A stretch of 64,000 nt of DNA from Octopus sinensis (lineage: Eukaryota): positions 42,532,001-42,596,000 of the forward strand of contig NC_043002.1 of NCBI RefSeq assembly GCF_006345805.1. Reading direction: 5' to 3'. Position 1 is the stretch's first letter, and the number at the start of each line of letters is the position of its first letter. Made by a program: the position numbers and the translations under genes. Positions 1 to 12,104 of the stretch are shown here, one piece after another. The notes under the pieces are model-generated. The model worked only from the letters and a program-made list of their open reading frames with translations. It did not search any database and was not told where the DNA came from.

Positions 1-404
1 TGGAGATATATCAGTTTCTCTACTGATTGAAGCACCCGTTTGACTTAATTTTCCATGGAGCAGATAAATCTGGATATTTTTTCCAGTCATACTTTTAAGC
101 AAAAAGTAAATAAATGCAACCGCCATCGTTAACTCCAGTGAATATTCCACTTGTTCAAGCGACAAAACAACTGACTCGTTGAATTATAGATGTATACAGT
201 TGCATATTCGCAACGCTTGGTTCGACCCAAACTTACAGCCGAAGGTTGGAACACAGACTTTCACTACAATATTGTGAAGTGAACCATCATAGCACCATAC
301 TTCCCAAATATCTATGTACAAAGCAGAATCTCCACCCACTACGTTACTTATATTTTGGCCTGTTGATACTGAACGTACACTTGAGTGAAATTCCTCTCCT
401 CTCC

Positions 405-905
405 ATTATACATACATACGAACGTAGTAGATAACAGCTAGCCTTTGGACACATCTTGGACCCTGTTGTGTCCACTACTCTGACTGGTTGGTATTGGCGC
501 AATTTGTCTTTGGGTCTATCGCGCGCCAATATGCAACCCAACCAATCGCAGCCTTCAAATAAGGTCACGTGTGACAGCGTGCTTTTCTACCTCAACTGAG
601 CCTATAACTCCTTATAAAAAAAAACATAACTTTTCCTCGTCTCGATGTCTTTGGTTTCAGACCTTTTAAGGTCTAACCACTGACCACACAAGACACCGCC
701 AGTTCAAGCGACAACACAACAGCAGCCACATGGAGACTCGTCAACTTCGTCCAACAGCATTCAGCGACCTCCATCTCTGTCGCCACCATTTGTCCTAACG
801 TCAACATCTCTCTACGTACTCGCCCAGGTTATAACACTGCGCTGTTCGTGAATTACTTCACCATGGATCAACAGCGAATATACAACCTGCAAGAACTCCT
901 TGCTA
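405..905 (+). mobile_element. Partial LTR-like repeat (family X; U3/R part)
   Basis: Homologous by eye to 4457-4710 (+) and to the reverse complement of 44300-44824, 51260-51590 and 58280-58720. CCAAT box (caaccaatcg, ~538-547) and TATAAAA at 613-619 give the orientation. Confidence 0.6.
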
Positions 906-933
906 GTACCAGATATCATACCAAACAATAAAC

Positions 934-938
<5 letters not shown>

Positions 939-978
<40 letters not shown>

Positions 979-994
979 ATATATATAGATAGAT

Positions 995-1032
<38 letters not shown>
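939..1032. repeat. Compound (TA)n-(AG)n microsatellite
   Basis: Direct reading. Confidence 0.95.
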
Positions 1033-1037
<5 letters not shown>

Positions 1038-1825
1038 CAGTAGAATTATAGTTTAGCATCAGTTCAGTTCTTTGTAGATCTAAAATCAAAGACGTTCCAC
1101 CCACGATCACCCTGCTCTTCCCATAGGGCTTTCATATCTTGGAATATATTATCTAATGTACCCTCACTTTTTTCTTGAAAACTCCCTAATTGGTTCATGT
1201 CTATCAATAAAGTTGCCGTTGTTTCTATTTAGCCAAAACTGAGCTGTATGTTTAGCGGCGTTTCTGCTGTATCCCTCTTGCCTTTTTGCATATCTGAAAC
1301 TATATTGTCCTGCGCCTCCTCATTTTTTCTTTAAGATGGTAAGCTGTTGTTAGAGGGAATTTTTGCTGCTATTTTTAGTAAATGGAGTGACGGTGTATAG
1401 GTCCCATCGTTGGCTCGTGAGGTTGTCTGTAACTCAAAATTGCGTCTAAGTTGACTTCGATTTTGCCACACAATCGAGATCAATAGTACGAATACTATAC
1501 TGAAGACAGTCTTAGCAATATTATAGACCCTCAGCGAAAGTGATGCATGGAGTTTTGTGTACACAACCATGGCATACTATATAGATTAACACTGAGCCCT
1601 TGGACCTGCCGGTGCTAGGATAGTATGCAGTCTACCACGGTGTCAAAGAGTATAGTCAGGGCTATCTACCTTATCTTTCAGATATTTCAGAGATTAAATA
1701 TCTTCAGATATTTCAGAGATAAAACACTTCGTACATTGTAAAGGAATTACACAAATAAGAAATATTGAATCTTATATTATTTTATATGATAAAGAAATTA
1801 CACAGATAAATCAAGACAATCTATT

Positions 1826-2520
1826 TTAACGGTAAACACTTATTATGTCATTAAGGAACAATAGAAATAAATCATCTGAATTTTTCCTCGTCGTCTTCCA
1901 GTAGAAATGATCAAGATGTGACTGGAAAAGTTCAGTACCAACGCCTCTCATTTTTCTCAGAATCATAGTTTTAGCATCTAACCATGATCGCTCAATGGCC
2001 TGAGCGTGTGCTCCGGTCACTGGATCCACATAATGTCGTTGATGGTTCACTGTCAGAGGGTGATAACCTTTGGCATTTAAATTATTAAAGCGGGCCACTC
2101 ATCTGAATGAACTACTGAACCTTTTCCACATTCTCTCTCAATAATTGGGATCAAACTGTTCCCGTCACGCCGTATCGACAGTCTGAGCCTTGTTTGAAAA
2201 CAAAAACCCACGACCCACCAATTTTACTACCAGGGTTTCTGTTGTTTCGTTGTTCTGCATTACTGTCTTCGAAGAAAGGAGCATTGTCGGCATTCAGAAT
2301 TCTTTCTCGATTGTATTTCCGTCGACCAGCAAATCTTGCTTCATCAATCCGAATGGGGCTATCGTTTGTTCCATCCATCTTCCCTCATCATTTATGTATA
2401 ATGGAAGGGGAGGTTCATGATACCGGTAGAGTATCATCTTCTCCCATTATAATTATTTTCTGTCTTAAGGATCTGGAATGCGAAAGAAGAAACTCACGAG
2501 CGGATGCAATTCAATAATCG
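1826..2520 (-). mobile_element. Merlin/IS1595(ISXO2)-like DDE transposase remnant, frameshifted
   Basis: ORF 2151..2378 has IRIDEARFAGRRKYNRER and GSWVF. ORF 1826..2098 has GYHPLTVNH..YVDPVTGAHAQAIERSW. Both match ISXO2/Merlin catalytic-domain motifs, and they are in different frames. Confidence 0.75.
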
Positions 2521-3122
2521 TTTATTGTGATTTCCGATCTTGTGTCCCGTTCCCGGTGTCCAACTTCATGGCAGCGCATGACTTGTGATATTTCCATTCA
2601 TGTGAGGTACATTACCTCTGGAGAATAACAGATGTGGTTAGAGCGGGTTAGAGTCCGCTGTAGCTGCCTGCTTCGTAGTGTCCCTCAGCGTATGGGAGCT
2701 GGAGAAGACTAAGAGGTTGAATGTCTTTCGCACCTGCTTAAGTAGCCGTTGTCGAGCAGAGTCTCGTTGTGGTGTCGCGCATGGCAAACGGTTGTACGCG
2801 AGATCTCACTCTTGTCTCGGACAAGATAATGGCTGCCAGCGAGATCTCGTACAAAATGGTGCTGGCTACTTGTGCCACGCTACAAAGGTTCCCCACTGAG
2901 AACGCTAGTGTGAAATTAGAATGACTGGAGCAGGCACAAGAAAACAAAGATGGCCATCGATCGCAAACAAGATGTGGCACAAAATGTGATTAGTTGAGAA
3001 AAAAATAATTACAAGTGATATAAAAGAGACATGCACGAAATTTTTGACAAAGTTCAATGGCAAGGCATTGGAATTGTTCAGCACATGAGAAAACAATTGT
3101 CTGTCTCAGGAAAAAAAAATGG

Positions 3123-4456
3123 TTAGATGTAAATAGTTCTGGTGCGTTTTGGGGGCCAATGCACAGTGCGGCATGTCCTAGTGACATAGGGTTTGCTCGT
3201 GTTAGGTTGTGGCAACGAAGGTGGAGGTGTAGTTGATGGTGTGGTCAAAGGTACATGTGTAGGTGGTTGTAAAAGATCAAAGGTGGGCGTGGTTGGGGTA
3301 TCATCAAAGGATGAGGACACCTCACAATGTGCCCTTTTAAGTTTGTCGACCGACACAGTCTCTGCCCGACCATTGATGTCGAGACTTTTGGGTGTGCGTG
3401 ATAGCACACTAAATGGTCCTTTATAAGGAGAAACGAGAGGTCCTTTGACAGAATCATCCCGAACAAAAACATGAGTCCATTTGTCAATGTCCGGTGGGAC
3501 GTGAGAGGGAATAGACTGGTCAAGCGGATGCATGAGTTGAAGACTTGAGAAATACGAGCGAAGTCTGGTGACATATGACTTTGGATCAGGATGCGATGAA
3601 CTGTCTGGCACCAGCATTGTACCAGTGAGTGCCAGGACAGTACCGTACAGGAGTTCAGCAGAGAAAAAACCTTAGTCTGCTTTAACAGCAGTGCGACAAC
3701 CAAGAAGAACAATTGGCAGGAATTCTGTCCAAGACTGTGGGTCAGGAGTGGTACGTAGAGCGGCCTTCAGTTGCCCGTGAAAACGTTCGGCCATCCCGTT
3801 GGAAGCTGGATGGTAGCTGGTCGTACAAATGTGATGAATGCCTCGGATTCGTAACAATTCACGAAATAAAGAAGCTTCGAACTGGCGTACACGATCAGTG
3901 GTTATTTTAGCTGGGATACCAAAGCGAGCAATCCAGTGAGAAACGAAAGCTCGAGCAACTCACTCAGCGGAAATGTCCACTATTGGAATGGCTTCAGGCC
4001 AACAAGAGAAACAATCGACACATGTCAGTATGTAAGAGAAACCGCGACTGACAGGCTATGGTCCAACCAGATCAATGAGGACATGGCGAAAGCGAGTCTC
4101 CGGAGGGGAAAACTGTCCAAGAGGAGCACGGATGTGCCTGTGGACATTAGAACGCTGACATTTCACACAAGAGCGTGCCCAAGCGGTGATCATACGGTGC
4201 ATATTAGGCCAGAAGAACCCGAGCCGTAATAAGCTTCATCGAGGTAGCGATGCCAGGATGTGATAGTGAATGCAAAGCATAGAAAACAGAATGCTGGTGG
4301 TTCGCAGGTACAAATGGTCTAGGAGAACCAGTAGCTGTGTCACAAAGGATTGTGCCCTCTGCAGACGGAAGTGGAAGATAGGCAAACTTGCAACAGGACA
4401 GCTTGGTGGAAGTTAGATCCAATGTTTCCAGAGCTGGCTGATCCTGCGCAATGGCA
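3123..4456 (-). mobile_element. Ty3/Gypsy pol 3' region (integrase), degraded
   Basis: Integrase zinc-finger-proximal segment (LCDTATGSPRPFVP..HSLSHPG), rve core (TTSYHPASNGMAERFHGQLKAALR, WTEFLPIVLLG) and C-terminal GPY/F module (HVFVRDD..PYKGPF.VL), split across frames. Confidence 0.85.
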
Positions 4457-5196
4457 GGTCTGAAACCAAAGACCTTTTAAGGTCTAGCCACTGACCACAC
4501 AAGACACCGCCAGTTCCAGCGACAACACAACAGCAACTACATAGACACTCGTCAACTTCATCCAAGAGCATTCAGCGACCTCCATCTCTGTCGGCACCAT
4601 TCATCCTAACGTCAACATCTCTCTACGTACTCGCCCAGGTTACAACACTATTCGGGAACTACTTCACCATGAATCAACAGCGAATATACAATCTGCAAGA
4701 ACTCCTGTACCAAGTGACCCAGGCAGCCACAACTTCATGTACGACATGTACTGCAACCGGCTCTGCATCATCACCACAACTTCTTGATAAAGTATTTCAA
4801 CTATCGTGTACAATTGACTACGAACTGGTGTTTATCATTCTTGTGTCTATGAACTTACTCCTCACTTCGATGGCTATAGACTCTTTCACTGTCTCTTCTC
4901 CATCGCCATCCTTATATGTTCTTAATAAGCATACGTCTATGCTTACATACATACGCATACATCTTATTCTTACGACGGCCTATCTATTACTCTGTATATA
5001 TGACGCACACACAATCACACATGTTAATATATCAATAAATCTTCTCTGAAACATTCTACCCGGTTGTGTCTCTACCCAGTTGAGTCTCTTATTTTCCTCT
5101 GGCACATATATGCATTGTTCTATTTATATTTATTGTATCGACCAAGTGATGTACTAAGAAGCCATTTTCATCACCTCACTTTGCACCAACATCACA
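4457..5196 (+). mobile_element. LTR family X copy (R-U5), followed by a possible PBS
   Basis: 4474-4710 aligns with 663-900. A poly(A)-signal-like ataaat and ggttgtgtctct (5035-5072) match the reverse complement of 51145-51185. Ends in ...atcaCA at 5196, followed by aatcggcgacc, which is PBS-like. Confidence 0.6.
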
Positions 5197-5479
5197 AATC
5201 GGCGACCCTTTCCAGCTCCTTGAAACTACAAAACAATTATAATGGGAGAAGGAGGTATTCCACAGGTATCTAAACCTTCAGTTCCATTATACATGATAAA
5301 CTATGGCTTCACACACCTCGTGGCACATATTGAACCAGTCAGTTATTGTATTTTTAGATTTTCCTGTTAGAGTCACTGCTGTGTGCCATGACAAAAAAAA
5401 AATAATAGTTTTAAAATCAATGTCAGATTTTAAACTTAAGGAAAGTCATGCATACTTTTACTGTTCCACATACAAATTT

Positions 5480-6303
5480 TATTTGTCATGTGCGAATTAA
5501 CTGGTTGGTTTCTTTTTCTGGAAGCCCTAGTTTATCCAGAATGTCAGTTAGGCATTTACTCACAAAACCTAATGCACCAATTATTATTGGCATAAATGTG
5601 AATTTCCAGCTGATATTAGTATCTTGCATGTTTTATCGCCTGTGGAGTGGATTTCTTCCATAGACCAGTCAAGTATCCCAAATGTTGGAATCAGTACTGG
5701 TATTGCAAACGTATTGTGGGACATTGTCTTGTTGTAAGAGGGGAGTTCTGACTGCTATATTTTTCCAAGTTTGACATAATATTCTTGTGTCACTCTATCT
5801 TCATTTACAGTACCTTCACATGATGTGTATTTCCTCAATGCCTAGGTGCTTGTAGCATTCTTTGTGTGGCATAGGAGAGATAGTGAGGCCTTTGATGTAC
5901 CCGTTTTGGATTTGGGGGTGCTGATTTTTCCCCATTCAACAATCACCTTTGTATAGGGCAAATTTCATTTCTATGTCAGCTGAAAATGTTGTTAATAATT
6001 CCAGATGTTTTTTGGCATTGTTAACATTTTTAGCATAAATCTTGAGATCATCCACAAAGAAATTATTAATTACATTAACACTTCTGGCAGTTGCAGACCC
6101 TAGCATGGAGCCATTTGATTTTTGTAGCAAGAATGATAATGGATTTAATGCCAAAATGAGAAGAATTACTGAAAGACTACCAAAACTATCTACTTTAAAT
6201 ATTCCTTCCGAAATATTTATAATATTGGAGATGATTGTTCTGTTCTTAGTTCTAAGTGTAAGAATTGTTATGAGGGTCTTTATAAGTCTCTCAATAGCAG
6301 TAG
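5480..6303 (-). mobile_element. R4/Dong-type RLE LINE fragment (RT + endonuclease C-terminus, internally deleted)
   Basis: RT motif FFVDDLKIYAK in ORF 5936..6154. The reverse complement of ~5565-5600 encodes FMPIIIGALGFV, the typical RLE C-terminus. Confidence 0.7.
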
Positions 6304-6334
<31 letters not shown>

Positions 6335-6390
6335 TGTATGTATGTGTATGTATGTATGTATGTATGTATGTATGTATGTATGTATGTTTG
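6304..6390. repeat. (ATGT)n microsatellite
   Basis: Direct reading; explains the MYVC/HTYI pseudo-ORFs. Confidence 0.95.
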
Positions 6391-6400
6391 TACGTACATA

Positions 6401-6809
6401 GGCGCAGGAGTGGCTGTGTGGTAAGTAGCTTGCTTACCAGGCACATGGTTCCGGGTTCAGTCCCACTGCGTGGCATCTTGGGTAAGTGTCTTCTACTATA
6501 GCCTCGGGCCGACCAATGCCTTGTGAGTGGATCTGGTTGACGGAAACTGAAAGAAGCCAGTCGTATATATGTATATATATATATATGTGTGTACATGTGT
6601 GTGTGTGTGTGTGTGTGTCCCCCTAGCATTGCTTGACAACCGATGCTGGTGTGTTTACGTCGCCGTCACTTAGCAGTTCGGCAAAAGATACCGATAGAAT
6701 AAGTACTGGGCTTACAAAGAATAAGTCCTGGGGTCGATTTGCTCGACTAAAGGCGGTGCTCCAGCATGGCCGCAGTCAAAGGACTGAAACAAGTAAAAGA
6801 GTAAAAGAG
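6401..6809 (+). mobile_element. tRNA-derived SINE family A, full length
   Basis: tRNA-like head ggcgcaggagtggctgtgtgg...ggttcagtcccactg, internal (TA)/(GT) tract and (gtaaaaga)n tail. Near-identical to the reverse-strand copies at 9357-9745 and 41535-41953. Confidence 0.9.
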
Positions 6810-6914
6810 TATTTATTTATGTATGCCTGTATGTATGTATGTATGTATGTACGTATGTATGTATGTGTGCAGATTTGTATGTTTTGTTTTATGTATGTAT
6901 TCTCATGCATATAG

Positions 6915-9900
6915 TTGCTTGTCTAGACATGCTCATATACATTTTAAATGATAAACTTCTGGAGAGTGTGACAGACTTTCATAGTTCCAGTGATGGATTG
7001 GATCTATAGTCTTTGAATCAGCTTTCTTCTTTCTAGTTTTGAGAAACCTAATTTCTCAAGATTGGCATTTAGACAGTGTGTTACATACCCCAGAGTCCCA
7101 ATAACTACAGGTATAAACCTGAACTTGTAATCTGGATAGAGTAACAGCAGATTTCTCAATAGTTCAGCATAGGTGTTGTCTTTTTCTCTGATCTTCAGCT
7201 TTATGTTAACATCTAATGGGCAGTTAATTTCCACAACTGTACACAGATTTTCTTCTCTATCCCAAATCATTATATCAGGTCTATTGTGCTTACATTTTAT
7301 TGAAGGTTTCACCGGGGTATTCCACCAGTACTCTTTTTTGTTTTGAGTGACTATGGCTTCTACTATATTGTGGGTTCTTATTTCTTTGTCTACAGGGTTA
7401 TTCTTCCAACAGATTTCATTATATAATGTCCTAGCTACAACATCATGTCTCACTGGTGATATCTTCAGTGTTAACTCCACAAAGTCTGCATCAATTGCCA
7501 CATTTTACTGGTTTTCCTGCATCTCCATTCCTTTTGTACATCAGGTATTTTATTGATATTTTCTGTTCCTGGATTGCAAATGCTTACCCTTCAAAGTGAG
7601 AGGTAGTAATCCGGCTATTGGTCTATGATAGACTGCTTTGATGATCAATGTTACTATCATCTCGGAGCTGTCTACTAACATATCCATACATAGTCTTCTT
7701 ATATATGCTCATCCTTTCATCTGATGATACGTTATGGTAGAGTCGTGTGACTTCTTTGGTATATAAGGTTATCAGACAAGGTATGTTGTTCAAGGAGCTG
7801 CCTTCCAAGTCTTATGATGTTATCAGCCTCATGTATGCAAACTTGATCAAGGGATGCACTTCAACGCTTGGTGGTTAAAAGATGTTGTCAAAGGGATTTG
7901 ATATGACATTTGAAAGCATTTTGGATTGATGTTAAGCCTCTGCCACCTTGTTTTCATTTTGGGTAGAGGCAGTCTACATCACTGTTTATGTGGAAATTAT
8001 ATGTTCTTGTTGGTATTTTTCGGGTTTTCACATCAATGGCTTGGATCTCATCAAGTGTCCAATCAAGCAGCCCAAATGTTGGTATGAGTACTGGCACCGA
8101 AAACACATTGTGGGCCACTGTTTTATTGAATGCAGAGAGTTCCTAGGTCCAAATTTCCTTTATTCGGTTATAATATTCTTTAGTGACACATATTTTGTTA
8201 CAAGTGCCATTGTAAGATATGTTTTCATCCACCTCTAGATACCTGTAACATTCCTCATCAGATATAGGGAAAACAGTCAAGTCATTGATGGAGATGCAGC
8301 TAGTTTGGTTTACAGTTTCCCCACTTTTCACAACCAAATAACATTTTTCCTGACCAAACTCCAACCCTTCATCCTTTGAGAATGTTGTAATTAGGCCAAG
8401 CTCTTTTTTATTTCAGGCATATTCTTTGCATAAAGTTTAAAAGAAACAGTGTGTAACTTTAGTATTTCTGTTTCCTTGTGAACCAGTGAGATATCCTTCA
8501 GACTTCCTTAACATGAATGACAAGGGGTTTACAGAAAGTATAAACAACATCACAGAGAGGCTGTCCCCTTGGAACATGCCTTTGTGATACTGTGTTCTAT
8601 CAGTGATAATACAGTCACTCTGTGTTTAATTTCAAGATGTTGGCCCATGGTGAAGTCAGGTCAGCTATGGCTTTGACTATTCTCACTGGAACTTTAACAA
8701 GTTGAAGGGCTTCTAGAATCCTTGAGTGGGGAACAGAGTCGAAGGCTTTCTTGTAATCTAGCCACATTGAAACTAGGTTCCTCCTATTCTCTTGCACCTC
8801 TGGCATTACAGTTTTGTTGATCAACAATTGCTCAGCACATCCCCAGACTCCCTTCTTCCCAGGTGCTTGTTCTGTTGTGCTGATGTTATTGGCTTCACAA
8901 TGGTCCTGAAGGAAGAGGTTTAAGCATGCTGTATATATTTTACACGTTAAGTTCTGGCATGCAATTGGCCAGTAATTTTTTGCCATGTGAGTGGTTCTGC
9001 ATTTTTGGATCAATTTTGTCTCTGCCAGAGCTAACCAGTGTGGTATGCTACTGTTCCCATTGAAAGCTTGCTGGTACAAATTGATAAGATATGGTCAGTA
9101 GAAGGTTATCTTCTTGTACTAAAATCCAACAATCAAGTCTCTTCCAAGTGCTTTTCCATCCTGGAGTTTCTGGATCACAGTTGCAAGAGTATCACCATCA
9201 AAGCTGTATGTCTTGGGTGTAACGCAGGAGCAATAACTTTTTCGAATTTCTTCCAGCCACAAAGCATCTTGGTCACTCCAGATTTTCCTCCAGAAGGTTT
9301 TTATGTCTTCTTGTGAAGGAGCTTCTGTGATGTTCACTGCTCCTCTTCTCATGTCTGTCTTTACTCTTTTACTCTTTTACTTGTTTCAGTCATTTGACTG
9401 TAGCCATGCTGGAGCACCGCCTTTAGTTGAGCAAATCGACCCCAGGACTTATTCTTTGTAAGCCTAGTACTTATTCTATGGGTCTCTTTTGCCGAACCAC
9501 TAAGTTACGGGGACGTAAACACACCAGCATCGGTTGTCAAGCAATGTTAAGGGGACAAACACAGACATGCAAACATATACACACACACATACATATATAT
9601 ACATATATACGACGGGCTTTTTTCAGTTTCTGTCTACCAAATCCACTCACAAGGCTTTGGTTAGCCTGAGGCCATGCAGTGGGACTGAACCTGGAACCAT
9701 GTGGTTGGTAAGCAAGCTACTTACCACACAGCCACTCCTATGCCTGTATAATGTCTCTGTATACTACTTCCTGCTCTAGTTAAATTTTTTTGTTCATTGT
9801 TTTTCTCTCAGTTATTCTCTTCTGATGCTGGAGTTTCTCACCGACAACACTGATTACCCTCAAGCACCTGCTTAAGGGTAGTCAGTCTGCAAGTGGGTGT

Positions 9901-10255
9901 CCTCTTTCTGCTGTCTCCAAACATCATTTCTACCTCCTTCTTTACTTTCTGTTGGTGGCACGTATAGTGATTTGCTTGTTTTGGATGCAATAAGCATCAT
10001 CACATGACTGATGATCTTCTGTAAATCAGTTATCTATTTCTCTGTCTTAAAAACCCATGATGGTATTTTCTTTGTTCTTTCGGTCTTTTTCACTTTTTGA
10101 ATGTCATTCATGTACTGCTTTGCAGTAGTAGCCAGAGCATATAGACTGGCGTTAATCTGCCAGAATGTGGCTTCCATCACACTGCTGCAAATACTCATCA
10201 CTAATTTTAATTCTGTATCTGATGGTTTTTTTTACTTACTTTGGTAGAGAATACT
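6915..10255 (-). mobile_element. R4/Dong-type non-LTR retrotransposon (RT + restriction-like endonuclease), degraded and interrupted by a SINE
   Basis: RT motifs YWPIACQNLTCKIYT and WLDYKKAFDSVPH (8615..9079), MEFGQEKC (8143..8364), and RLE motifs RHDVVA and KHNRPDIMIWD..VVEINCPLD..FIPVVIGTLG (7004..7501). Multiple stops and frameshifts. Confidence 0.9.
9357..9745 (-). mobile_element. SINE family A inserted in the LINE
   Basis: Reverse complement of 6401-6809. atgtct is duplicated at 9351-9356 and 9751-9756 (likely TSD core). Confidence 0.9.
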
Positions 10256-10332
10256 CTCTCCTCCAGTATGTAAGCGAGTATGTATGTATGTATGTATGTA
10301 TGTATGTATGTATGTATGTATTTATGTATGTA

Positions 10333-10363
<31 letters not shown>

Positions 10364-10374
10364 GTGTGAGTGTG

Positions 10375-10590
10375 TCTTTGTGGCTTTGTGTTTGTGCTTG
10401 TCCTCGCCCACTTGACAACCAGTGCTGGTTAGTTTACGTTCCTGTAACTAGTAGTTCGACCAAAGACATTAGATAGAAAAGTAACCCCGTCTTAAAAAAA
10501 TAAGTACTGTGATTGGTTTGTTCCACTAAACCCTTCAAGTTGGTGCCCCAACATGGCTGCAATTCAATAATTCAAACAAGTAAAAGATAT
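10375..10590 (+). mobile_element. SINE family A 3' half, preceded by (ATGT)n/(GT)n
   Basis: cttgacaaccagtgctggttagtttacg...acaagtaaaaga, similar to 6630-6800. Confidence 0.7.
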
Positions 10591-11239
10591 GGACATCGAA
10601 AGGTAGAAATGATAAATTGATCTTGTGGAGATTTGAACTCAAGAACTTCGTCTGTTTGATGTTATGAAAATTGAAATAAGTTAAGGGTGTATGAGTTCCC
10701 GTTTGGAACAAGAAATTTCTAATATTGACACAAACCCACACAAATTTCCTGAAGGTATCGACTTCACTTCATGTTTGGCCCTTATTTTTCCAATCCCAGA
10801 AAAATGAAAGTTAATTCAGATATAATTTGAACTCAAAATATATAGAGAAGAAACTAAATATTATCAGATATCTAGCCTGATATATTACCATTTCTACCTA
10901 CTGACAGTAAAGTAAAAAAAAAAAAATGAAAACTTTATACAATAACTGTGACGGAGAAAGATTCATGGGAGGCAACTCTTAAAACAAGGAAGATAAATCT
11001 GTGAAACGCTTTATATGTGATTATTTCCCTTTGTGTTCTCTTTTTGTTAATACTGTTAGAGTTAGGGTAATTCTACACTTAATGGTTCTAAGGGGGGTAA
11101 TCACCTTGTAAAGTATTGAGTATTTTTCTCTTAATACTTCATTTCCATGTCAAAGGCTTTCTTTTTAACATTGAATCGATGAAATAGTGATCACGAAAGG
11201 GATACTCGTGCACATATCTTTGTTTCTTAATCACAGTGT

Positions 11240-11274
<35 letters not shown>

Positions 11275-11478
11275 GGAGGGAGAGAGAGGGGAGGGAGAAG
11301 TGGATGACAGAGACATAGGAAGAGAAATGAATAGGTTGCGTATGGGATGGATTCACACTTCTGAAATTATGTAACTTCTCCAAATAGAAGATATTTGCTG
11401 AAATGCCTGGAAACCGAGTTTTAAAAAATCTGGAAGTTAAGAATAATATCGTAAAGTAATTTATTTAACTTACAGTAA

Positions 11479-12104
11479 AGCTTTTGGACAAACATTCGGC
11501 AGAGTAGTTACACCACGTAAATCTTTTTGTTTTTGCTTTTAACCTTTTTATTTTTCTCGAAACACAGACGATTCCCATTCGCCAAACCTTTTTTTTTTTT
11601 ACTTAATTTCAATTCTTTCCACTATCCAACCTACCATATAAACCTAAGCTTAACAGTAACCTGAAACCCTAATCTCAGGTGCTAACCATTACAGCGAACA
11701 CAAATCCTAAATCCTAATTCTAAACCCTAATCTTAACCTTAACCCTAAGCCTGTCCCTAAAGCTTTAACTCCAATTCTAATCCTAAGCCTTAACCTTAAC
11801 TTTAACTTCTAGCTCTAACTCTAACCCACCTTCTTTTTGCAGAATCGTGATATCCTGTGTTTAAAGTATACATTTCTTCCAAAGTTTGGAAACGAGGAAA
11901 TGAGGGCGGGTACGTACTTCGATATCACAGGGTGAGAAAATATAGATAAAAAATTTGAAACTTGAAAAAACATTTTATTTACAGAATTGTAATCTTCGTG
12001 GTTTAAAATGTAAAAATCAGTAGAAATTTTCGGGGTGAGGGTGGGGGGAGAAGAAGAAAAGAAAAAGAAAAGATTTAAACTTACATGGGTGTTTGTCCAA
12101 AGCT
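11479..12104. mobile_element. MITE-like element containing a degenerate (TAACCC)n tract
   Basis: Inverted termini agcttttggacaaaca (11479-11494) and tgtttgtccaaagct (12090-12104). About 11625-11826 is a decayed CTAACC array. Confidence 0.5.

Noticed and set aside
1826-2378. Bacterial IS1595 contamination or horizontal transfer
   Set aside because: Embedded among animal SINEs and microsatellites and decayed. Eukaryotic Merlin elements carry the same domain.
4669-5049. 126-aa ORF with a hydrophobic stretch (and similar ORFs in 51093-51459 and 58103-58472)
   Set aside because: Lies within LTR family X copies and the frame is not conserved between copies.
6401-6480. tRNA-like heads (also 13393, 23296, 29311, 29751, 35650, 41953)
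   Set aside because: They have A/B-box-like motifs but run into SINE bodies and tails with TSDs; no complete cloverleaf.
11625-11826. True telomere or chromosome-fusion site
   Set aside because: Highly degenerate, single orientation, and enclosed by short inverted termini.
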